From Chthoniobacterales bacterium (lineage in GTDB: Bacteria > Verrucomicrobiota > Verrucomicrobiia > Chthoniobacterales > Chthoniobacteraceae), in assembly GCA_038207335.1 (NCBI GenBank), contig JBBQZX010000012.1, positions 72,646 to 136,645 on the forward strand: a stretch of DNA of 64,000 bases, written 5' to 3'. A program made the position numbers and the translations under genes. Below the pieces are notes generated by a model. It saw only the letters and a list, made by a program, of their open reading frames with translations, did not search any database and was not told the origin of the DNA. The first letter of the stretch is position 1. The number at the start of each line of letters is the position of its first letter. Below, in pieces: positions 39,401 to 48,379 of this stretch.

Positions 39401-40354
39401 TTCGCGGGCGGGCTCATCTACACCGGCTCCGGTGAGACGACGGATCGCATCGTGAATCTCGCAGGCAGCACCGGCGGCGGCACGATCGAGCAGGCAGGCA
39501 CGGGGCTCCTCACTTTCACGAGCAATCTCGCCGCGCTCGCGGGCTCGAAAACGCTGACGCTCCTCGGCTCGACGGCGGGCGTCGGGCAATTCGCGGGCGT
39601 CATCGGGAACGGCAGCGGCACTGTCTCGCTCGCGAAATCCGGCACCGGCTCGTGGCTGCTGAGCAACGTGAACAGCTACACCGGCTCCACGAATATCAGC
39701 GCCGGCTCGCTCGTGCTGGGAAGTGGCGCATCCATCGCGGGCAGCTCATCTTTTAACATCGCAGGCGGTGCGACGCTCGACGCGAGCGCGACTGGCACGC
39801 CGTTTCCCGTCACCGGCACTCAGTCGCTCACCGGCGGCACCGGAGCGGTCGCGGGAAATCTTACCGGCTCGGTCACTGCCACCGCAGGCGCGACCGTCGC
39901 GCCCGGCTTCGCCGCTGGCACAACTGGCATCCTCGCGGTTTCGAGCGACTTCTCGCTCGACGCCACCTCCCACCTTTCCCTCGACCTTGCGGGAAATATC
40001 GCGGGCACAGGCTACGACAGGCTCGTGGTGAATTCGGGTGTCATCACCCTCGCGGGCGACCTCGCCGGCTCCACGCTCACCTTTACCCCGTCCGTCGCAG
40101 ACATCTTCTACATCATTGTCCACAACGGCGCTGGCGCGACCACCGGCACGCTCGGCGGTGCACCGGAAGGCGGCTCAGTCTTCATCGGCGCGCAGCAGTT
40201 CCAAATCAGCTACACCTCCGACTTTGGCGGCGCGGGCTACACTGTGAACGGCCTCGGCAACGATGTCGCCCTCCGCGCCATCCCTGAGCCCTGCAGCGCC
40301 GCGCTCCTCCTCGGCGCGGGCTCGCTCCTAGGCCTCCGGCGCCGGCGCTCGTAA
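36446..40354 (+). CDS. PEP-CTERM protein with autotransporter-associated beta-strand repeats
   Basis: Signal peptide MKTPRILATTIAALLVSVSAQA; many K.G.GTL.L.G.NTY.G repeats; AIPEPCS...LRRRRS. Confidence 0.92.
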   Translation: MKTPRILATTIAALLVSVSAQAALYTWDIGQGDGAAITPGDGTWNTTLTNWNSAGANVPWVNGNTAVFGGADGTYAITLVSGLSTLGLTFNNSGYTLGAASPTTLTLTGSAISIVSGKSATIGTNVTLARTGAYTLVGGGRLIVAGAVTASTGATEIKDGSTLEIPNGGNVTFNGSPVIGSNTTAAISQDGNLLISGGSVATNGASTNFVIGNMNSGTTNATVTINAGSLTVGSNSLDGIRFGSNTPSGGTINGTFNLDGGTVTAPAVRRYNPGGSSVINATFNFNGGTLKANAVKSTNGSTFFEGGITANVKAGGAKIDTNGFNIPITQALLDAGGGGGLEKLGAGVLTLTGANTYTGTTTVSAGTLAIGAGGTVGSIGTGPIVNNATLTFNRSDSVTLANNISGSGPLNLNGSGTTTLGGASTYTGATNVNSGRLQLTGSLTSDVSLATGVNIGGEGSTTGSLTFNGTHTLFFDPTTPGALTANTVVATGATVTLSLSAVTGAATGIVVLNAPGGIAGTAGLAGNFRFTGRGSAYLNGGNTQLLFDYAPATLVWKGNTANPTFWDVQTTQNWSNAGTPDTFMMGDTVLLDDTASTFTIDVKTPSPQPSVATFNNTMAHTYTLQGAALAGTGTIVKNNTGTLIVANDNTYSGGTTINAGTVQLGDGVNATGALGTGPVTNNAALVTDFGASLVAVANDIGGTGTLQQNGVGTVALTGTSTFSGPTLIAAGTLQLGAGGTTGALGTGGVINNATLAFNRTDSSSTTNAISGTGNLVKLGTGTVALGKTNTYSGLTTITAGAILVNVNGTVLGDTTSGTVVSGTGAALQLQGGVTVTGEALSIVGDGVNGASAPGALRSLGGNNEWTGDITVGNGATTRVVSDTGSLKISGNVALSPTAGDQFVLQGNGDGEISGIISGVARVTRSVTGTGTWTLSGANTYTGKSVASGGFLRVSSFNSVVGGTPSSSLGAPTTVGNGTIDLANTTFAGGLIYTGSGETTDRIVNLAGSTGGGTIEQAGTGLLTFTSNLAALAGSKTLTLLGSTAGVGQFAGVIGNGSGTVSLAKSGTGSWLLSNVNSYTGSTNISAGSLVLGSGASIAGSSSFNIAGGATLDASATGTPFPVTGTQSLTGGTGAVAGNLTGSVTATAGATVAPGFAAGTTGILAVSSDFSLDATSHLSLDLAGNIAGTGYDRLVVNSGVITLAGDLAGSTLTFTPSVADIFYIIVHNGAGATTGTLGGAPEGGSVFIGAQQFQISYTSDFGGAGYTVNGLGNDVALRAIPEPCSAALLLGAGSLLGLRRRRS

Positions 40355-40431
40355 AATTTTCCGCGCAACGGCTAGATCCTCGCGCACCCATATCGCCCGT
40401 CGAGCGCAGCTGCCCAGCCCAAAGGCCAGTC

Positions 40432-43400
40432 ATGTTCCGCCCCTTCGCCACTCTCCTCCTCACGCTAGCTTTTGCCTGCGCGGGGCGCGCCGCGACCTCT
40501 CCCGTCACCGCGGTTTCCACGAGTGGAAATCAACTCACCTCGCTGACAACAGGCGGCTTCACCTATTCTCAGGCGCAGCTCAGGGGCGGCACCCTCACCG
40601 CATTTGCCGCCGCCTCCACAGGGTGCATCCTCGTGCCCGCCGGCACCGGCGTTCCCGCCAGCGGCACACGCGCCGCGCTCGTCGGCGACTGGAGCCTCGA
40701 CTCCGGTGTTATCAATCCCGCCATCGGCCCCGCCACCGCGACCGTCACTTTTCCCCAGCCAATCGTGAACCGTCCGGGGCCCGACGTTGTCTTCATGGAG
40801 ATCAACCCCGGCTCCAGCTCCGACGCGATGCAGGTTACCATCAACGGCGTCACACTCCCCGTCGCAAGCGCCGAGTGGGGCCAGACCGGATACGCCACTG
40901 CCGCCGCCGTGCAATACAGCACCGGAACCATTCCCGCTACACTGACCGCTCTCGAAAGCGCCTCGCTCTCGCTCGTCGGCAGCGTCACGCAAAACGTCTT
41001 CGGCGTTGCCATCGACCTCTCCGATTTCGGCATCGCCAACGGTGCCAGCGTCTCGCAAATCAGCTTCGGCTCCTACGGCGCTGCCACCTTCGACCCCGTC
41101 TTCATCGCAGGGATCAGCGGCACCGGCGCCCCACCCCCCGGCCCTATCGCGCTGCCGTATTTCGAGGATTTCAGCGCCGGCACCGGCGCATTCACACCCG
41201 CTTCGCCGAGCGATTGGAGCCTTGTCGGGGGCGTGTATCGCGACACCATCACCTCCACCTCCGCCGCCAGCAGCGCCTCCATCCAGACCAACGCGCTCGG
41301 CAGCGACCCGCTCACCGCGCGCGGCTTTTTCCTGTCGGGAAAGTTCACCGTCATCTCCAACGCAAACTCCGCGAACGTCGTCGGCCTCGCCCTATTCGGC
41401 ACCAACGCCCCCTTCAGCGGCGGCATAAACAACCCCTACTACCTCGTTGAAGTCCGCCCCGCCGGCAGCACCCTCCGCATCCGCCGCGTCGCCATCAACG
41501 ACACGCAATTCCTCCCCGAAACCTCCCTCGGCACCTTCACGCTCAACCCCGCGCTGCCCTTCACCATCGAGTGCGTCGGCACCTATGAAAATGGTGTCCT
41601 CCGCCTCGCCGTCACCGTCCGCCAAGGCGCGCAAAGCTCCACCTTTTTCGCCGTCGATTCAGAGCCCCTCACCGTTGGCTACTTCGGCTTCCGCAACCGC
41701 ACCAACGGAGGCGCGCTCACCGTCGATTGCGACGACTTCAATCTCCGCGAACTCTCCACCATCACCCTCACTGCCACCCCCGATCCCTTCGCCCGTCCGG
41801 GCATCGCCTACTCTTCCTCCGTCGCCGCCATCTCCGACATCTCCGCCGCAGTCGTCCTTTCCGCGCCAACCCGCCCGCCGTGGCTCACTTTCACTCCCGG
41901 CGCAAACAGCACCGGCACCCTCACCGGCACACCGACCGCCACTGACCTCGGCTCACACACGATCACCCTCGCCGCGAACGACGACAGCGCAGGCTCCACG
42001 CAGCAGACTTTCCACGTCTCAGTCCTAGAGCCGACCGGCGTCTTCATCAGCGAATTCCTCGCCGAAAACGACGCCGGCCTGGAAGACGAAAACGGCGACA
42101 ACTCCGATTGGATCGAACTCTTCAACTCCGACTCCACTACTGCGAACATCGGCGGCTACTGGCTCAGCGACACCTCGTCTTTGACAAAGAAGTGGGCCAT
42201 CCCAGCCGGAGTCACCATCCCCGCGCACGGATTCTTCGTCGTCTTCGCATCCGCGAAAATTCGCACCTCCGACCCCGCACACCTTCACACGAACTTCAAG
42301 CTCACCAATAGCTCCGGCGGATACCTATCCCTCGCAAAGCCCGACGGCACACTCATCTCCGTTTTCTCAAACTACCCCGCCCAGCGCGCCGACAAGAGCT
42401 ACGGAACCTACGGGAGCTACACGCCCCGCGGATACCTACTCACACCCACCCCGGGCGCGCCCAACGACTCGCTCGGTTACAATGGCTTCGTTGACGACAC
42501 CCACTTTTCGGTAAAGCGTGGCTTCTACACCTCGGCGCAGACCGTGACCGTCAACTGCGCCACCCCCGGCACGACGCTCAGCTACACACTAGACTCATCC
42601 TTACCCACGCTCACTCACGGAGTCCTAGTTCCCGCACAGGATAGCACCAGCCCTTCGACAGTAACTCTGACCATCTCTTCGAGCAAAATCCTGCGCGTCG
42701 CGGCCTTCGCCCCCGGTCTGGCACCAAGCGGTCCCGACACCCAGAGCTATCTTTTTCTCGACGACATCCGCAGCCAGCCAGCCACACCGCCCGCCGGATG
42801 GCCTACCGGCAAAGTCAATGGCCAGGTGCTCGACTTCGGCATGGACACCAAGGTGACCAACACCGTCTCCGCACAACAAATGAAAGACGCGCTCGCCGCA
42901 CTGCCGACGCTTTCATTGGTCACTGAGCTGCCAAACCTTTTCGACCCTGCAACAGGCATCTACGTCAATCCCTACGGTCGCGAAGAAGGCTACGAGTGTC
43001 CGATTTCGATGGAGCTTCTCAACGCCGACAACACCCCCGGCTTTCACATCGATGCCGGCCTTCGCATCCGCGGCGGATCGAGCCGCGTGGCGACCAATCC
43101 AAAGCACAACTTCCATCTCTACTTCCGCTCCGACTACGGCGCATCAAAGCTACAGTTCCCGCTCTTCGGAGACAAAGGCACATCCACCTTCGACCGCCTC
43201 GACTTGCGCTCCACGCAAATCAAGTCGTGGCACTACACCAATGACTCAACCTCCACCTACAACCGCGACGAGTGGAGCCGCTACACTCAGGCCGCGATGG
43301 GCCACGGCTACACGCGCAGTCGCTACTACCATCTCTACATCGACGGCCAATACTGGGGCATCTACGGCACGCAGGAGCGCGCCAATGCCGCATGGGCAGC

Positions 43401-45246
43401 ATCCTACTTCGGCGGAAAGAAGGAAGATTACGACGTCCTCAAGACCTACGTCATCCCGCACCGCGTCGAGGCCAGCGACGGCGACAATGTCGCATGGACC
43501 CAGCTCTTCAACATGGCCACCAGCGGCTTCGCCAGCGACACCGCTTACTTTGCCGTTCAAGGCCTCGACGCCAGCGGCCAATCTTCACCGACCCTCAAGC
43601 CGCTTCTCGATATCGACAACCTTATCGACTACACGCTGCTCAACTTCTACATCGGCAACGGCGACGGCCCCGTGAATACCAGCGTTGGAGTGCCAAAGAA
43701 CTTCTTCGCCATCCGCCCGCGCGACGGCCGCTTCGGCTTCCGCTTCCTCGCCCACGATTGCGAAGACGCGATGAACAACGTGGACGTCACCGGCAACATC
43801 TCGACCGGCAACACCCTGCTTTACTTCAACCCCCGCTGGCTCAGCCAGCAACTCGCCGCAAACGCAAGGTATCGCCTCCGCTTCGCCGACCGCGCCCAGC
43901 GCGCGCTGTACAACGGCGGTGCGCTCGACCCCGTCTCCGCGCTGGCTCGCTGGCAAGCCTTTCGCAACCAGATCAGCGTCGCAATTCTCGGCGAATCCGC
44001 GCGCTGGGGCGACGCCACGAGTCCTAGCTCCGCCCACACCGTCGCGCAATTCAACTCCGCGAACGACAGCATCGAAAACACCTTCATTCCCGCCCGCCGC
44101 GCGACAATCATCAGCCAGCTTCGCGCGCGATCGCTGTTCCCAAGTCTCGACGCCCCGGCCTTTTCGCAGAGCGGCGGGAGTATCTCGAATACCACACCCA
44201 TCACCATCACCGCGCCGGCCGCGACTACCATCACCTACACACTCGACGGCTCCGACCCATCCGCGTCCGGCGCGCAGACCTACACCAATCCTTTCACCCT
44301 CATCACTCCGCAGACAACCGTCAAAGCCCGCGCAAAGCTCAATGCCACCGGCGAATGGAGCGCACTCACCGAGGCGATCTTCACGCTCGACACGATCAAC
44401 GCCGCCGCTGGCAACCTGGCGATCACTGAGATTCACTATCATCCATTCGGAGCCAGCGAAGAAATGGAGTTTGTCGAGCTACTCAACATCTCATCCACCC
44501 GCCTCGACCTCACCGGCGTGAACTTCGTCGGCGCGATCGCCTACACCTTCTCAAGCCAGCTTCTCGAGCCCGGCCAGCGAATCTGTGCAGTCAAGAACGG
44601 CACCTCTTTCCGCTCTACCTACGGCTCTGCGCCATTAGTTGCCGGCCCATGGACCGGCGCGCTCAAGAACAGCTCCGACACGATCATCCTCCGCGACAAA
44701 ACCGGCATCGAGATCGAGCGCGTGACCTATAGCGATGCACCGCCCTGGACAGCAGCCGCCGACGGCCAGGGCCGCTCCCTCATCCGCGTCAATCCGCTGG
44801 CAAATGCCGATACAGCAACGAACTGGCGCGCGAGCGTCGAACCCGGGGGCAATCCCGGCGCCACAGACACCGAATCCCTCGCCGCATGGCTCACCGACCA
44901 CGGCTTTGCTACCCTGCTCGCCGACGCCTCCGGGATCCCCGCGCTGCTCGTCTTCGCCACCGGCATCGACCTCACCGCCGAGACCCTCCCCGCTCTCACA
45001 GTCGCGCCCGAAACCAGCACCCCACCCACCGCACTCGTCACCTTCCGCCGACGCCTCTCCGCCGACGAAATCGCGCTCACGATTCAGACTTCGCCCGACC
45101 TATCGGCTTGGCAGACACTCACCCCTGGCACACCTGCTGCCGCGCTCGTCACGCGCGTCGCCAATTCCGACGGCACCGAAACCCTCACCTTGCGCATCGC
45201 CGCGCCCGCGCCGACCTTCGTTCGCCTCCGCGCCACCTCCCCGTGA
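40432..45246 (+). CDS. Secreted CotH-kinase family protein with lamin-tail, putative Ig and chitobiase/FN3-like domains
   Basis: VFISEFLAEN..DWIELFN and LAITEIHYHP..EFVELLN (lamin-tail); FSVKRGFY; RIRGGSSR..PKHNF.LYFR; HLYIDGQYWGIY; AILGESARWGD. Confidence 0.85.
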   Translation: MFRPFATLLLTLAFACAGRAATSPVTAVSTSGNQLTSLTTGGFTYSQAQLRGGTLTAFAAASTGCILVPAGTGVPASGTRAALVGDWSLDSGVINPAIGPATATVTFPQPIVNRPGPDVVFMEINPGSSSDAMQVTINGVTLPVASAEWGQTGYATAAAVQYSTGTIPATLTALESASLSLVGSVTQNVFGVAIDLSDFGIANGASVSQISFGSYGAATFDPVFIAGISGTGAPPPGPIALPYFEDFSAGTGAFTPASPSDWSLVGGVYRDTITSTSAASSASIQTNALGSDPLTARGFFLSGKFTVISNANSANVVGLALFGTNAPFSGGINNPYYLVEVRPAGSTLRIRRVAINDTQFLPETSLGTFTLNPALPFTIECVGTYENGVLRLAVTVRQGAQSSTFFAVDSEPLTVGYFGFRNRTNGGALTVDCDDFNLRELSTITLTATPDPFARPGIAYSSSVAAISDISAAVVLSAPTRPPWLTFTPGANSTGTLTGTPTATDLGSHTITLAANDDSAGSTQQTFHVSVLEPTGVFISEFLAENDAGLEDENGDNSDWIELFNSDSTTANIGGYWLSDTSSLTKKWAIPAGVTIPAHGFFVVFASAKIRTSDPAHLHTNFKLTNSSGGYLSLAKPDGTLISVFSNYPAQRADKSYGTYGSYTPRGYLLTPTPGAPNDSLGYNGFVDDTHFSVKRGFYTSAQTVTVNCATPGTTLSYTLDSSLPTLTHGVLVPAQDSTSPSTVTLTISSSKILRVAAFAPGLAPSGPDTQSYLFLDDIRSQPATPPAGWPTGKVNGQVLDFGMDTKVTNTVSAQQMKDALAALPTLSLVTELPNLFDPATGIYVNPYGREEGYECPISMELLNADNTPGFHIDAGLRIRGGSSRVATNPKHNFHLYFRSDYGASKLQFPLFGDKGTSTFDRLDLRSTQIKSWHYTNDSTSTYNRDEWSRYTQAAMGHGYTRSRYYHLYIDGQYWGIYGTQERANAAWAASYFGGKKEDYDVLKTYVIPHRVEASDGDNVAWTQLFNMATSGFASDTAYFAVQGLDASGQSSPTLKPLLDIDNLIDYTLLNFYIGNGDGPVNTSVGVPKNFFAIRPRDGRFGFRFLAHDCEDAMNNVDVTGNISTGNTLLYFNPRWLSQQLAANARYRLRFADRAQRALYNGGALDPVSALARWQAFRNQISVAILGESARWGDATSPSSAHTVAQFNSANDSIENTFIPARRATIISQLRARSLFPSLDAPAFSQSGGSISNTTPITITAPAATTITYTLDGSDPSASGAQTYTNPFTLITPQTTVKARAKLNATGEWSALTEAIFTLDTINAAAGNLAITEIHYHPFGASEEMEFVELLNISSTRLDLTGVNFVGAIAYTFSSQLLEPGQRICAVKNGTSFRSTYGSAPLVAGPWTGALKNSSDTIILRDKTGIEIERVTYSDAPPWTAAADGQGRSLIRVNPLANADTATNWRASVEPGGNPGATDTESLAAWLTDHGFATLLADASGIPALLVFATGIDLTAETLPALTVAPETSTPPTALVTFRRRLSADEIALTIQTSPDLSAWQTLTPGTPAAALVTRVANSDGTETLTLRIAAPAPTFVRLRATSP

Positions 45247-47972
45247 AGACCCTCCTCGTCCTATTGAGCCTCACACTCGCCCATGCGGCAAGCTTCGGCG
45301 CGCAACTCGTGGATGCAGATGTGGTCGTGTATGGCGGCGCGGCGGGCGGAGTCACCGCCGCTGTGCAGACCGCTCGTCTTGGGAAAAAGGTCGCGCTCGT
45401 GGTCTTCAACAACCATCTCGGCGGACTGAGTTCCGGTGGCCTCGGCCAGACAGACATCGGTAGCAACGGCAACGCGTACATCCAAGGCATGTCGCGGGAG
45501 TTCTACACGCGCATTGGCGCAAAGTATGGGCAAGGCACGAAGTTCACCTTTGAGCCTAAAGTCGCAGAAGCAGTCTTCAACGAAATGGTCCAGCAAGCAG
45601 GCGTGCCGGTGTATATCAACGAAAGGCTCGCCAGCACGCAGATGCTGGGTCTGCGCATCAAGCAGATCACGATGGAAAACGGGGACGTGTTCCGCGCAAA
45701 AGTCTTCATCGACGCGTCGTATGAAGGCGACCTGATGAAGCAAGCCGGCGTGACCTACACCGCCGGACGCGAGGCAAACTCCCAATACGGCGAAACCATC
45801 GATGGCATCCAGCGCGCCACCAGCGGCAACCAGCTTCCGAGCGGCATCGATCCCTACGTTATCCAAGGCAACTCCGCGAGCGGCCTGCTCCCCGGCGTGA
45901 ACGCCGACGACGCCGGTCCGAATGGCAGCGCGGACACACTCATCCAAGCTTTCTGCTACCGCATGTGCCTCACAAACGTGGCGGCAAACCGCATCGCAGT
46001 CCCGCAGCCGGGAGGCTACAACGAAGCCGACTACGAGATCCTTTTCCGCGCCATCGAAGCCGGACAAACCGGAGCGTTTTGGAAGCTCGACTCGATGCCT
46101 AACGGCAAAACCGATTCCAACAACTCCTCTGGCATCTCCTGCGACCTCATTGGAGGGAACAACAACTTCGTCGAAGCCGACTACGCCACTCGAGATGCAA
46201 TCGCCAAAGCCCATGAGCGCTGGCAGCGCGGGCTCATCTGGACCGTGCAAAACCATCTGCGCGTCCCGGCCGCGATCCGCTCCACTTGGGCGCAATGGGG
46301 ACTTCCCGCTGATGAGTTTCTCGACACCGATCACTGGCCGCACCAGCTCTACGTCCGGGAAGCACGCCGAATGGTTTCGGACTACGTGATGACGGAAAAG
46401 AACTGCTTCGGAACCGTCGTCGCCACCGACTCCATCGGCCTCGGCTCCTACACAATGGACTCGCACAACTGCCAGCGAATCGTCTCCGGTGGGATGGTCA
46501 AAAACGAAGGTGACATCCAAAAGCCCGTGCCCGCGCCCTACCCTATTTCCTACCGCTCGATCGTCCCGAAAGTTGGCCAGTGCAACAACCTCATCGTCCC
46601 GTGGAGCTTATCCGCGACGCATATCTCCTTCGGCTCCATTCGCATGGAGCCGGTCTTCATGAACAACGGCCAATCCGCCGGGACCGCCGCATGCTTTGCC
46701 ATCGACGACAACGTCGCAGTGCAAAGCGTGTCTTACCCAAAGCTCAAGGCACAGATGCTCGCGGATGGTCAGGCTTTGACCAATGGCACCATTCCCGGCT
46801 CCGACATCATCGTGGACAACGCCGATGCGACCGGAGTGTCGATCACACCTGCGGGCGGCTGGACCTTGAGTTCTGCAACCTCGGGCTATAACGGTGCCAA
46901 CTATCTCCACGACGGTAACACGGCCAAGGGAACCAAGTCGGTCCAATTCACGCCTACGCTACCGACTTCCGGGAGCTATGAAGTATTCCTCCGCTGGACC
47001 GCCGATCCAAACCGCGCGACGAACGTACCGGTCGATGTGACCTATGCTGGCGGGACGACGACGATCTCTCCTTTGATCAATCAGCAAGCCAATGGAGGCC
47101 AATGGGTTTCGCTCGGCATCTATTCCTTCAGCGCCGGCACGACTGGAAACGTCACCATCCGCACGACCGGCACGACAGGCTTCGTGATCGCAGATGCCGT
47201 GCGCTTTTCAAATACCACCGCGCTGCCTGTCGTCTCGCTCTGGGCCACGGATAGCTCTACGAGCGAGAGTATTGGCGCGAGCACTGACTTCGGACGCGTC
47301 ACCGTCAACCGCACGGGCTCGACTAATACCGCCCTCATTGTGAACCTCTCGATAGGAGGCACAGCGACCAATGGGACCGACTACTCCACCATCCCTTCAA
47401 CCATCACCATTCCCGCAGGAGCAACGACAACTGCTGTAACTGTCACACCTTCGTCTGATCCGGAAGCCGAAGGCGACGAGACAGTCACCATCGCGGCTAG
47501 TAGCTCGGCAGGTTACACACTCGATCCCTTGAACGGCGCGACAATCATCATTCACGACCGCCCATACGACGCGTGGCGCCACACCTACTTCACGCCGCAG
47601 CAACTCAACGACCCCACCATCTCCGGCGAAGACGCCGATCCCGACGGTGAAGGTCTCACCAACATTTTCGAAGCTTTCGCCGGCCGCAATCCAACCATTC
47701 CAGACGACCCGCGCATCGGCGCCTTCTCCACCGTTCACATCGGCACCGACGATTACCTCACCTTCACCTACACCCGCGTCATCTCGCCCGACTTGCTCTG
47801 CTTCCCGGAGGTTTCCTCTGACTTAGCCGCGTGGTCATCCGGCTCCACTGCGCTAAAAGAAACCGTCATCACCGACGACGGCGAGACACGCACGATCGAG
47901 GCCCGCGATCTCACGCCTTACTCTCCGACAGCCAACCGGTTCATCCGGCTCCGAGTCTCGCGCGTGCCGTGA
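45243..47972 (+). CDS. Secreted FAD-dependent oxidoreductase fused to a Golvesin/xanthan-lyase-type carbohydrate-binding domain and a Calx-beta-like domain
   Basis: GTG start overlapping the upstream TGA; DVVVYGG..GGVTAA; FIDASYEGDL; LYVREARRM; YTMDSH; SIRMEPVFM; IIVDNAD..VIADAVRF; GGTATNGTDY..EGDETV. Confidence 0.88.
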   Translation: MKTLLVLLSLTLAHAASFGAQLVDADVVVYGGAAGGVTAAVQTARLGKKVALVVFNNHLGGLSSGGLGQTDIGSNGNAYIQGMSREFYTRIGAKYGQGTKFTFEPKVAEAVFNEMVQQAGVPVYINERLASTQMLGLRIKQITMENGDVFRAKVFIDASYEGDLMKQAGVTYTAGREANSQYGETIDGIQRATSGNQLPSGIDPYVIQGNSASGLLPGVNADDAGPNGSADTLIQAFCYRMCLTNVAANRIAVPQPGGYNEADYEILFRAIEAGQTGAFWKLDSMPNGKTDSNNSSGISCDLIGGNNNFVEADYATRDAIAKAHERWQRGLIWTVQNHLRVPAAIRSTWAQWGLPADEFLDTDHWPHQLYVREARRMVSDYVMTEKNCFGTVVATDSIGLGSYTMDSHNCQRIVSGGMVKNEGDIQKPVPAPYPISYRSIVPKVGQCNNLIVPWSLSATHISFGSIRMEPVFMNNGQSAGTAACFAIDDNVAVQSVSYPKLKAQMLADGQALTNGTIPGSDIIVDNADATGVSITPAGGWTLSSATSGYNGANYLHDGNTAKGTKSVQFTPTLPTSGSYEVFLRWTADPNRATNVPVDVTYAGGTTTISPLINQQANGGQWVSLGIYSFSAGTTGNVTIRTTGTTGFVIADAVRFSNTTALPVVSLWATDSSTSESIGASTDFGRVTVNRTGSTNTALIVNLSIGGTATNGTDYSTIPSTITIPAGATTTAVTVTPSSDPEAEGDETVTIAASSSAGYTLDPLNGATIIIHDRPYDAWRHTYFTPQQLNDPTISGEDADPDGEGLTNIFEAFAGRNPTIPDDPRIGAFSTVHIGTDDYLTFTYTRVISPDLLCFPEVSSDLAAWSSGSTALKETVITDDGETRTIEARDLTPYSPTANRFIRLRVSRVP

Positions 47973-48021
47973 GCGCGCGAAAGGCTTTCCATTTTCCCAG
48001 CACGTTGCGAGGGTGCGTGGC

Positions 48022-48233
48022 GTGTTAGCAAAGGTCTATCCCGCCGCGGTTTTTGGGGTCGATGCGTATGAGGTCGAGATCGAGGTGAATGGCGCGGGCA
48101 GCACGCCGGTCATCGTGGGCTGACGGATGTGGCGGTGAAGGAGAGCAAGGATCGCGTGACCACCGCGATCTCGAACAGCTGCTACCATTGGCCGCGCGGG
48201 CGCACGACGATCAATCTCGCGCCCGCCGATGTC
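48022..48233 (+). pseudogene. comM: 5' remnant of YifB/ComM Mg-chelatase-like ATPase
   Basis: VLAKVYPAAVFGVDAYEVEIEVN..PVIVG, frameshift near 48120, then TDVAVKESKDRVTTAISNS.YHWPRGRTTINLAPADV; similarity ends abruptly. Confidence 0.85.
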
Positions 48234-48259
48234 GCCAATTCCGTCCGAACGGAGGTGAA

Positions 48260-48316
48260 GGCTTCGTCCGCGTGCGAGAGGCGCGGGAGCACGATCTCAA
48301 GAACATCGACGTGGAG
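48260..48316 (+). pseudogene. uvrA: Very short 5' remnant of a UvrA-family gene
   Basis: GFVRVREAREHDLKNIDVE versus the UvrA N-terminal signature VRGAREHNLKNIDV. Confidence 0.6.
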
Positions 48317-48379
48317 AGCAGAGGCGGCGCGCGGCGGGACACCTTGCTAACGACAGGCACGGCTGATAGTGAGTGCTGG

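Noticed and set aside
44886..45242. N-terminal extension of the 1028 aa ORF
   Set aside because: It overlaps the CotH gene in another frame; a signal peptide begins at GTG 45243.
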